This document shows, one piece after another, positions 12,385 through 23,260 of a DNA stretch of 64,000 nt; position 1 is the stretch's first letter, and each line of letters opens with the position of its first letter. Below the pieces are notes generated by a model. The model was not told the DNA's origin. It saw only the letters and a program-made list of their open reading frames with translations, and did no database searches. The DNA is from Kondoa subrosea (lineage: Eukaryota), in assembly GCA_039545335.1 (NCBI GenBank), contig BCIN01000001.1, positions 2,105,129 through 2,169,128 on the forward strand, written 5' to 3'. The translations under genes and the position numbers were made by a program.

Positions 12385-13733
12385 TTACTTCCGGCGGTTC
12401 TGCTGCATGGCTAGAATCTGGACAATTCGAACGAATATGTTAATGAAGTCACTTTAGGCTTTCGCATGAGCGTTGGGCATCGTGGGGAAGTAGAGCAACA
12501 CTTACAGCTCAAGAGAGACCGATTCGCGCCTGAAAATGAGCAAAAACGTTCAGAACAGCTCGAAACCGAAGAGTGAAGCTCACATTGGATCCGGCTTCAT
12601 CAGACCTCGCTCAGCTGCCCTAGCATGTGCCAAGATTTTCTGTGTGTCATACAAAGTAAAGCTGAGTTGCGATTGCTTGATCAGCGAAAGATTCTTGTAT
12701 CGAGAGACTAGACTGACCCAGAGAATACAGCCTAATCGTGTCATCAGTCACAACATTTGATAGTTGGCATGAACAGAACTTACCAGACCACCATACAGAG
12801 ACAAAGATTGGGTTAAAGCCAGCGTACCAACTGCTGTAGCTGGGAGAACCAGAGGAGCTAGACTGGATAGAGCAACGACCACAAGACCAGCCATTCTGCA
12901 GAGCACAGAGCTTCTATCAGAATATGAACAGATGAAGCGAATTTGGACTTACAGCGGTCCTCCCATGTACAAGTATTGCTCGGAATTTGCAGTTGCTCCG
13001 ACCCAAGAAAGAGATCCAACGACACCTGCTGTGTACAGACCAGCTCTAGCGAGCAAGACAGGGTTGAGGAAAAGAAGAGGCGAGAGAGTAAAAGCTTGGA
13101 ATGCTTGGAAGCCAGCAAAGCATAGTGTCTTTTGGACTTTGTTGTCTGTTTAACTGGAGTTTCAGCTTCGAACAGGCAAATATGTGGAAAAAGAGTATAC
13201 CTGGATCCGTGTAAAGTACGCCCATCATTGATCCGATGCCTCCCACGGCAGATACACCCTGCAATCTACATTACTTTCCGGTTTCGCTTCATGAATACCG
13301 AGCGACTGACCATGACCAGCCAAGGATTAGCTCGCATAATTCTTGTCGTAACTCCGTTCTTATGCATAGCAATTGCTATCGCTGTAACTGTTCCCAACCC
13401 AAGTCCAAGGTAGCGAAACGAAGAATGCAAGTATTCCTTCTCATATGGCCGTAAAGCTTCTCTTGTCTCTCGATTCAAGAAATAATTGATGCCAACTGTT
13501 CCAGCTGCCACAATTCCAACAGTTCCCGCTAGCCTTGTCCACCATTCCCTCGAGTATGCTTGCGGTGGTACACTAGGGAAAGCTAGACTGCTCTGCGGCC
13601 GAGAGCGAAATGCCTTGAGCAGTGACGATTTGGATGGCAAAGGCTTTGCGTTCAGATAGAGCGTGCGAGAGATGCAAGGCTGGGTCACTAGGCGGAAGGG
13701 AGCTCGGGAGAGAGGACGAGCCAGTGACTGCAT
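12385..13733 (-). CDS. Bax inhibitor-1/GHITM (MICS1)-like mitochondrial membrane protein
   Basis: Presequence, LRPYEKEYLHSSFRYLGLGL, multiple TMs, C-terminal DFINIFVRIVQIL...RRK*. Confidence 0.88.
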
Positions 13734-14007
13734 CTTTTGACTATCGTGGAACAGGATAACTAAAGCGGCAGCTGACGAGGTCCCTCAAAGGCAGCCACTG
13801 TCAAGATTTGGCTGAGCACACATGTAGCACACATGATTGCAGCAGTCGACTGTCAGCGTTAGATCCCTGTATATGCTCCATATTGGTTGGAGATCAGGCT
13901 TAGTAATCAGGATTTCGTTACATTTGTCTGTAACTCTTCCCCTCCGTTAGCTTTTCTTTTTCTTCAGATTTCCAATTGCGTCATCCTTCGTCTTCGATCC
14001 TTTTCCT

Positions 14008-15656
14008 TTAACCCCAGATCTCCTTTGAGGCTTTGACAACCAATTCCAGCTTAGCCTTCATTTCAGCTTCGTTTGGCAAGTTGCCTTCCGAATCTACGAG
14101 TCAGAAGTTCAATCAGTGTCAAGGTACCTTTGAATTAGATTAGAAAGACTTACGGGAAGCAAATCCACATTGAGGACTGATGCCGAGCTGTTTGAGAGCC
14201 TGTTCTTTGGTGCGTTTGGGTTCACCTTGAGCGGCAAGGAGTTCAGCAGCATCGTTAATGCGCTTCTTGAGCGTTTCCATATCCTCGAGCTATAAAAAGC
14301 GGTCAGCAAGGTTGATGTTAGTACATTGTTGATTTTTGCTTACTTCAGGCTTCTTTGACGAGATGACACCAAGGATAGCTTTCTTGTTCAAAGGCCTACC
14401 CCAGATGGTAAGTCGGACGGAAGTAAATACAAGAAAGAAGGACGAACAAGTACTTCAAGGGCTCGAAACCGCCCGCTCTGGTCGTATCATATTCCAGCTA
14501 GCCTCCGGATCAGCGAAAAGACTCGTAAATTTGGCAGCAAATGAAGACTAACATAGTAGACATCGAAATTGAGCTCGTTGAACATGCGAGCGGCTATTCG
14601 ATCGTATCCGCCTTCGCTGTGTAGGGATTTCTCATGAGCTAAATATGCAGTATCGCAGCGAGAAAGACAAACGAGAAATGTCTGCCATCCTTGAAGTTAC
14701 CTCTGCACAAGTGCAGACCGACAGTCATGTCTTTGGGATGACCCTGTAAGCAATCGTTGTACAATTTGATGTAGGTGTTGAGCAATTTGCCGGAATCTTC
14801 TCCCGCTTTTTTCATACCATCCAACATCGACTCTGCGCAAAAGTAGGCGAGCAATGGGTCGTCGATCTGAATGTTGCCTGAAACCCATTTGGAATGTCAG
14901 AGCTGATAGAGCACATGACAAGCGAATTGCTTACGGCACCCTAGTGAGTATAGATAGGCTAGTTCCTCTCTGTAAGCTTTGGCGAGATCTTCGAAATGTT
15001 CCTCATCGTTTTTGTACACATCGGAAGGGTAGGCATACTTTCCGTGACGAAGATGGAACCATTCAGGAGCGGCCATAGTAATCTTGATGAACTTGACTTC
15101 ATCAGCGGGAACGAGTTTGGCCAATCGCTGGAATTCAGCTCCATAGGCACAAGGCTTGGTTCTGCGAATTTTGCCAGTGCACATGTACGAGTCGGCCTTC
15201 TTGAAATCCAACTTCATGAATGCTGCCACGTCGGGTACATACATCATGAACTTTTCGCTGTGACAATTGAAAAGCATAAACATGAGCGAACGTTGTTGAT
15301 ACTGAAAAAGCTCTTGACATACGAAGGAACATCTGCAACATGACCAAAGCCCTCGAGATGGTCATGGAATCCATCGTAGAACATGTGACGAGCGAATTCT
15401 CCATCGGTAACAGCTTTAAGTCCAACTTCTTGCTGCAATTTAACGGCACCTTCAATTGCCTTGTCCGTTGCTTCCTTTAGCTCAGCTTCAGTGACTTCTT
15501 TCTTGTCGAATCCCGCTCGCTTTTCGAGCAAATATTGAGGTCTCTTGAGCGAACCAATCTTTTTGCGAGATTTATTAGCATGCGAAATTTACGACTCGCC
15601 AAAAGGGGACAGACATGCTCAGCAACGAAAGGAGGGTTGGAGTGTACGGATGACAT
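14008..15656 (-). CDS. Half-size cobalamin-independent methionine synthase-like protein (MetE C-terminal barrel only)
   Basis: AEHV|GSLKRP, QQEVGLKAVTDGEFAR, HLCRGN, LEYDTTRAGGFEPL, LSISPQCGFAS; ends KEIWG*. Confidence 0.88.
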
Positions 15657-15798
15657 TTTGTTGATGGTGCTGGGAAGAGCATGCAGTGATCTCACTGCAT
15701 ATTGTCTCGGAGCTTCATTTCATGCGATGTTGCTCTCGACAGCCAAGCAATCGTCTCCTTGCCCGCTGAACATCAACAAGCACCTTCAGTAAAACGAT

Positions 15799-17035
15799 AT
15801 GCAGGACTCTAGACCATTGGTGAGCTCACAAAGCCATCGCACATCAGTGAAAGCTAACAGTGATCTCATTGATCTTCAGCCCCCAGGTTTGTAGCCAACG
15901 CATACATGTTGCTGCAATCCCAAACATTCATATTGACCAGGCTGGATAACTCAGTACGATTCGACGCACCAGCGCAACTATTGGGTCGATACCAGTGAGT
16001 GGTCTTGGCATGCGTCGATTCTTGTTTTCTAAGCATTAGATACAGAAGCGAATGGTGGTCAAGGGTCGGCACTAAGAGTCCTTATTTATGAGTGGATGAC
16101 TGATTTCACTTATCCAGACGTTCAATTTGGACTCATCCCCTGGACGGTGATTCTCCTCTGCAGCTGCTTTCTGCTACTCCACTGACGATTACGCAGATCC
16201 AGAGTATCAAGCGACTCAGAACCAGCAGCGTCAGTATGCACCTCCACCTGGCGCACCACATGAGAAATCTGGTTATGGCAACACTTCAGGTCAACAACAG
16301 CAATATGGTGCTCAACCTTCTTACGGTGCACAACCCTCTTACGGTCAACAATCTTACGGTCAAGCACCTTATGGACAAGCAAATTACGCACAACCTCAAT
16401 ATCAACAACAGCAAATGTATCAAGAGCCACCAAAAAAGCAAGGCTTTTTAGGTAAACTCATGGGAGGGTCTTCGTCTAGACCTCAACAGCAGATGTACGG
16501 GCAACAATACCCACAGCAATATCCTCAGCAAGGTATGATGTCTGGTGGAAGGCGTCCAGGAGGTGGAATAGGAGGCAAGTCATGCTCTTTCTTGACTTAT
16601 GGTGACTGATCGTGGGTCCTCCAGCTGGTGGAGGAGCTGTAAGGTGATAGATACACTATTCAGACGTCTCGCTGACTCTTTTGCAAAGGCTATGGGTCTC
16701 GGAGCTGGTACGTACCTTTTCTTGCAAAATCATGAAATCAAAGTCTCTAAAACAATCCCATAATCTAGGATTACTCGGTGGTATGATGCTTGGTGAAGCG
16801 ATGGATGGTGGCGATGACTAGTCAGTATTCTCGTTTTATCAAGTACGAAAGTACGGCTTATACTCAGGGTCTTTGCAATAGTGGTGGTGGTGACGATTAG
16901 TCAGTCATTTCTCTTTATTCGCAATGAAACAGATATACTCATGCTTCTTGCAGTGGAGGAGACGATGGTAAGCCCTTGCAGTCAATCTGTTTCTGCTGTT
17001 GACGTTTTGCGAGTACAGGCGGAGGAGGAGAATAA
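15799..17035 (+). CDS. WW-domain, Gly/Gln/Tyr-rich protein (Wwm1-like architecture), many micro-exons
   Basis: MQDSRPL|PPG|WITQYDSTHQRNYWVDT...SIWTHP (WW), YGAQPS repeats, KKQGFLGKL, MGLGAGLLGGMMLGEAM, tail GGDDYGGGDDYGGDDGGGGE*. Confidence 0.85.
16304..16378 (+). repeat. Imperfect coding tandem repeat (YGAQPS/YGQQS)
   Basis: tatggtgctcaaccttct tacggtgcacaaccctct tacggtcaacaatct tacggtcaagcacct tatggacaa. Confidence 0.8.
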
Positions 17036-17398
17036 AGGCAGAGCTGTTTTCGTGTACATCTAATACTCGCTGGCCCTGTACTGTTCTTGAATAACTAAAT
17101 GTATTTTGCCCAAATTGCTACTGCTTCAAATAATGTGACTACAGCGTTTGCTTCGAACGGGCATTGTTGGTTTCACTTCAAAACACCCCGAAGCATCAAT
17201 GCATTACCAATGAAGCTGAAAGAACAGGCAACTGTCACTGCAAAATGGATCGCAGGACACGAGCTTTCGACGACATCTTCGCAAATAGGTTTGTGCTCGA
17301 GATTTGGCCCATGGTCTCAATTGCTCAAGCATGTTTCATGCAGAAATGGCCCGCCTCCACGTAGACAACAGCAACAGCAGCAGCATGGTGCATTGCAG

Positions 17399-20300
17399 AT
17401 GACACCTCGATATGATCAGACTTACTATGAACAGCAATATCGCCAAGGACCTGCTCAAGCGGGACCTCACTATGCTCAAGGAAGTAGCAGCCAATCAGTC
17501 TATGGGATGCCAGTGGGACAACAGCAATACATGCCTATGAATCAAAGCAATCGTGCTTCTGTTTATGGATTACCACCTAATGGTCCTAGGCCTATGCAAC
17601 AGCAACAACAACAGATCCAGGAATACTATGAGGCTGGCCAGAGCTATCAATCAGGTCCTTCTCAAGCGCAAATGTATGCAGAAGCACAACAACAAAGACT
17701 AGCACTTCAAAGCAGTCAGCGATCAGCTTATGATTTAAATCTAGACGCCAGGTCGCGTACTTCTTCTGTATACTCTCCTTCCACAAGTGGAGATAGATCA
17801 CCCACCTTCTCGACGCCTTCGTCTCTGTCGACCTATCCTACCTCTGCCGGACAACATGGTACTCCCCTTAACGGCACTGATGATCCACCATACGATCTAG
17901 GAGAGGACACTTTGTTACCTTATACAAGCCAGCCTGCTCAAATCAACACTGAGTACCCGATCGAAGAACAGCGAAGAAGAACGTCGTCTCGAAATACCTC
18001 TTATGACCTGACCAGAGATCCCCAGCTTACAGCTTATTTTAGCAGCAAACCATCTTCTCAAACACCCAGTCTCTCTCAAGCTTCAAACAAGCCTAGTTCA
18101 ATATCACCGCCTTCCACTGCTGGCGGAAAAAGATCGCCTTCGCGGTACGAATATAGCCCTGGCAGCTCTAGCCACGGATATGACGGCACAAGAAGCTCAG
18201 AGAATGGTCATTACGATCAGTCCGATCCAGGCTATGCAGGCAGAGGTTTGTCGACAATATGAGATGTCTTTAAATGAAGCTTAGCCTAGAATCTCGAAAT
18301 TCAGGTTATTTCGACGACACCGCGTACCGACCTCCTCTTTCGGATCCATACAGACAATCGGTAGACCAAGATCGAGCTGCTTATCTCAGCCAGCCTCCGC
18401 GAGGCCCTCGACCCTTACCCAACAACGATCTCTCTTATTCTCAACAGACTCGACCTTACAGCATGTATAATGATGCTTCGCTTCAAACACCCTCGAATCA
18501 AGACTTTGCATACGCTCAGCAAATGCATTACCAAAATCAGCTACAACTGGATCTTATGCAACGCAATTCCTCAGACGCATCGCACTCTCCGGGTCAACAA
18601 CGAGCTGCCTCTTTGTATAATGACCGAGCCAGCGTAATCACCATGGGCGCTGACCGATCCAACCCAAGAAGAAGCTCTCAACCTCCGTTACCGACTTCTG
18701 CTCCAAGTTCGGCGATAGTGACAGCAACTCGGAAAGCACCGATAGTTTACCCTGCACTTCTATCAAGGGTGGCAGAAGCTTTCAAAGCCCGTGTTCTACT
18801 GACAGAAAGGGTCAAAGATGGCTTAACGTACAAGGAGGCCTTTGATGGTCGGGAAGCAGTCGATAAAATTGCCTACATCATCAAAACTACCGACCGGAAT
18901 CTCGCTCTTCTACTTGGTCGAGCCTTAGATTCGCAAAAATTCTTTCACGATGTAACCTACGATCATCGACTCCGAGACAGCTCCCATGAACTGTATCAAT
19001 TTCGGGAGACTTTGGCATTCGTTTCCTCGGACGATATCAATGAACAAGATACCGTGACTGGAAGATCTTCAGCTAACGATGGTTATCTTCCTACCTCGCA
19101 TTATCAACGTCCTACCTCCTACACCGGGCGACCACCTTCAATCTCTGAAACCATCTTATCGGATGACACTTCTGTTCCAAGTGGTGTCTTCACTTTGTTA
19201 ACAGATTGTTATTCGCCTACATGCACAAGAGATAGATTGTGCTACTCGATCGCTTGTCCCAGAAGATTGGAACAGCAAGCTAGACTGATGCTGAAACCTC
19301 AACCTGGCCTAAAAAGAAGTGCAAGTGTAGAAAGCCTAGGTGGAGATCGAATAGATCTTCGAGTTAGTCAAACGCGCCCAGCAGACTTGAGGTCGTCGAT
19401 GATGAGTCTGATTCGCTTTACTACAGGAACCGGGTGCTCTTTGGATCGAATCTGTACCGCAGGAAGTGAGAGACAGCGTAAGCGAAAGCGAAATGAAGAG
19501 GCAAGAGGTCATCAATGAAGCTATTGCAACCGAGCGAGATTTCCTTCGGGATGTAGAGTATTTGCGAGATGTGAGTGACTGCTTTCCAAGTCTTTGTTCA
19601 TCTAACGATTGTTTTTGGTTCCTCCGATAGACTTGGATCAAGGGTATTCGCAATTCGATCGTGATACCCGAATCAAGGAGGGAAGACTTCATCACCCAAG
19701 TATTTTGGAATCTGTTGGACATTCATTCGGTTGCCTTGAAGCTATGCGAGCAACTGACCAAACGACAAAAGGCAGCACATGTTGTCGAGAGAATCGGCGA
19801 CATCTTCTTGGACAATGTTGGCAACTTTGGTCCCTTTGTTGTTTACGGCGCTCATCAGATGTTTGGTAAGTATGAATTCGAGAAAGAAAAAGGCAGCAAT
19901 CCTGCTTTTGCAAAGTTTGTAGAGGTAAGCCACAATTCATGAGAATGCAATCGGCCCTCTGATGATCTTTGCAGGACCTCGAACGATCCCCTGAATCCCG
20001 CAAACTTGAACTCAATGGATACCTTACCAAACCAACCACGAGATTAGCTCGATACCCTCTTCTTCTCGAAGCGATCCTTAAGAACACGCCTGATGAACAC
20101 CCCGACAAGCAAATGTTGCCAAAAGCCGTCAAAGTAGTTCGCGAGTTCTTGACCAAGGTAAATGAAGAAACGGGTAAATCGGAGAATCGCTTCAATCTGG
20201 CCCAGCTAGATCAGCAACTTGTCTTCAGACCCAATGAAGCAGTGGTCAGTCATTAGACCTCCTGATCCAAGGCCATACTGATTTTCATCAGGATTTGAAA

Positions 20301-22245
20301 TTACGGGAAGAATCACGAGAGCTGATACTAAAAGGTCCAATGAAGAAAAGAGGCGGCACCCAAAGTGAAAGCGCAGAGCTTCAAGTTTTCCTCTTCGACC
20401 ATGCTCTTCTTATGGTCAAGGAGAAGACCAAAAATCAGCAATACAAGGTGTATCGCAAAGTGAGCAGCAGTCCATCGACGATCATGAGTATTATCGCTAA
20501 TGGCAATATTAGCCCATACCGCTCGAACTCCTTATAGTGGCTACAGCGGAAGAGACAGTGTCGACTCGCGGAGCAACACCTCGACCCAAATCCATTATGT
20601 CTCGTAACACGTCAACCGGTAAACTTCTAAATAATTCGACTTCTGTCCTTCCTCCACCTCCTGCGATCGGCAACTCAAAACAGGGCTTCGCTATGACGTT
20701 CACGCACCTTGGGCGCAAAGGATACAACATCACTCTTTGGGCAACAACCTATACTGGTCAGAAGAATTGGCTAGAAAAGATTGAGCAGCGTCAAGCCATT
20801 CTAAGAGATCGCAGCATGGTCTTCGACACAGCCCTACTTAGTGAAGGTTACTTTGTGGGCAGCAATAGAGCATCTTGTGCTGCGCCCTTTGGTCAGTTTT
20901 CCCCTTCCACAGGTCGCAGCTGCTAAGTTGTACATAGATTCCGGAAACCGTTTGGTGTTTGGTACTGAAAATGGCGTCTTCGTGTGCGATCTGCGAGACA
21001 GAACCAGAGTACCTATCAAGGTCATCAGCGTTGCAAATGTGACCCAAGTCGAAGTACTTGACGAATATGGCATCTTGATCGTATTGGCAGGTCAGTCGAG
21101 GTTCACCATATGTCGGTTCTTCTTGCATTGACGTCGCTCTCAATCAGATAAAGCTGTGCAAACCTTCTATATCGACAATTTGGATCCGCAGGACTCGGTC
21201 GGAGCTGCCAAAAGAGCGAAAAAGATATCTTCCAATGCTACGTTTTTCAAAGCCGGTCTCTGTATGGGCAGAACTCTAGTCTGTATTGTCAAGTCCAGTT
21301 CCGTTTCGAGCACGATCAAAACCATGGAGCCTATAGAACAGCAAACTCGAGGGAAGAAGCAGCCTGGCATTCGCAAGTTCTTACAAGCAAATCATGATCA
21401 TCTTCGAGTGTACAAAGAAGTATGTTGAAGGTCTATTGCTCCTATTGACATGCTAACAAATATGCAGTTCTACTTACCCAGTTCTGCAGATTCCATTCAT
21501 TTTCTAAAGTCAAAGCTCTGTGTCGGCTGCGTTAAAGGCTTTGAGATCGTCGATCTAGAAACGCTCGACACTCAAGGTCTGCTGGATCCAGCCGATTCTT
21601 CGCTCGATTTTGTGCAAAAGCGGGAAAACGTGCGACCTATCGCCATTTACCGCATAGACGGCGAGTTTCTGCTGTGTTATGACGGTTCGTTGCTTCGCAT
21701 ACTGTATAGTATGGCATTGAACAGAGCCACAGAATTTGCGTTTTACGTGAACAAGAATGGATGGAGAACGAAAGCCAACTGGCTTGTGCAGTGGGAAGGC
21801 CATCCTAATGCCTTTGGTCAGTGCTTTGGCATATTGGCTAATTTTTATGCTTATTGATTCAAGTAGCTCTTTACTACCCCTACGTGATAGCTTTCGAGCC
21901 GTCCTTTGTTGAAGTCCGACATGTGGATACCGGATCTCTGATGCAGATTGTATGTGCGTCAGAACAGTGAGCTTGTCGTGCTGACAAGGCGTGCAGATAC
22001 CTGGTCAAGGACTAAAATGCCTTTTCACCGACACTCCTGCATCTTCAGCCTTCTCTTCGATGCAAGCCTATCAGACTCCAGCGGGCTACCCTCAAGCATC
22101 TCCTTTCATGCCTCAATACGCTCGCCATTCTACTTATGGCTCGCAGCAGCCGCTTAACTTTCGCCTTCCAGTCAAGGCACCTCAGATTCTTTTTCTCGAT
22201 AATGTCCACCAGGTATATAAGGTCGAGGCGGCCTCACCTCTTTAG
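17399..22245 (+). CDS. ROM2: Rho1 guanine nucleotide exchange factor (DEP-DH-PH-CNH)
   Basis: PIVYPALLSRVAEAF, LALLLGRALDSQKFFHDVTY (DEP), SRKLELNGYLTKPTTRLARYPLLLE (DH), FLFDHALL (PH), CNH region. Start codon uncertain (frame open to 17099). Confidence 0.93.
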
Positions 22246-22448
22246 TGAACAGAATTGCATTTTTCGACGGGTTCAGTTTTGGAGTCTTCTGTACAATTAA
22301 TTGCATACATCACTGTAACTAGTAGACTTACTACACACGTTCATCTGTCACAGCTGTCCTGTTGTTCTCCTAATGTATTTCGGCGGTGCTGGCGGTGTTC
22401 GATGATCATAATGTTTTTTTCTTACTTTCGCACCTCCATTCTCTCAAC

Positions 22449-23205
22449 ATGAGTACTTTTGGAAAGATGTCTGAGTATGTCTGACGTTTTGTTGTCGTAC
22501 CCTGCACAATTGCTTACGCGATGCTTGATTAGAGGGATTGATACAAAGCAAGTCCCCTGCCTTTGCATTGCCATTTGTTCTCATCAAGCGCTTTCGATTG
22601 TCCAGTCCAGCTTTGAAAGAGTGAGTGACTCTCGAATGTTGTGCATGTCGCTTATCCTTCGGCCCTAGTCAAGAGATCACTGAAACCAAGGTAAGCTGGC
22701 CATTCAGCTGTGCACCATTTCCAATACTCACATTTCGATGCAGGGCTATGCACCGACAGTTGGCGAGCATAAAGTTGGTAAGCATCAGTGCTATCGTCCT
22801 GCAGGTAATATCTGAGCCAATCGCGAAGGCATGATGCTAGGTACCACAGAATGCTGATCTTGGAATTCGTGACGCTGACTTCACAACACTAGGCGGCACA
22901 GCAGAACAGCTAGGCGAATCGTATAGAGACCCGACAGGAGACGGTTTGTGCTGAAATATCTCAGTGGAACGCATCTCATTGTCTGCGAAGATAATCCCAA
23001 CCGGGCCCCAGTCGATGGGGAGAATGAAAAGTCATCTTTTGCGGGAGGAAATGAAGTGCCAACGTGAGTATTCTATGCAACTATCAAGTCTCGCTCATTC
23101 ACGGGCAACTTTAGCTCATCCAATCCTAACGAAACCATCGCGCATGATCAAGATTCCACAACGGGCAGACCAGATGCTAGCGATGTACCAGAGTCAGGAT
23201 ATTAA
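22449..23205 (+). CDS. Orphan 112-aa acidic hydrophilic protein, 9 exons
   Basis: Exons 22449-22474, 22533-22547, 22606-22620, 22669-22690, 22744-22777, 22829-22840, 22893-22943, 22991-23063, 23115-23205 sum to 339 nt with no internal stop; all 8 introns are 47-58 nt. Confidence 0.8.
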
Positions 23206-23260
23206 TCTGAATTAATGCAAATGTACAATGTCACATTATTTCCCCTTGGCTATCCCTTAT

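Noticed and set aside
17099..17398. 100-codon in-frame extension upstream of ROM2
   Set aside because: Begins 63 bp after the previous stop and does not look like the family; probably UTR/promoter, though not excluded.
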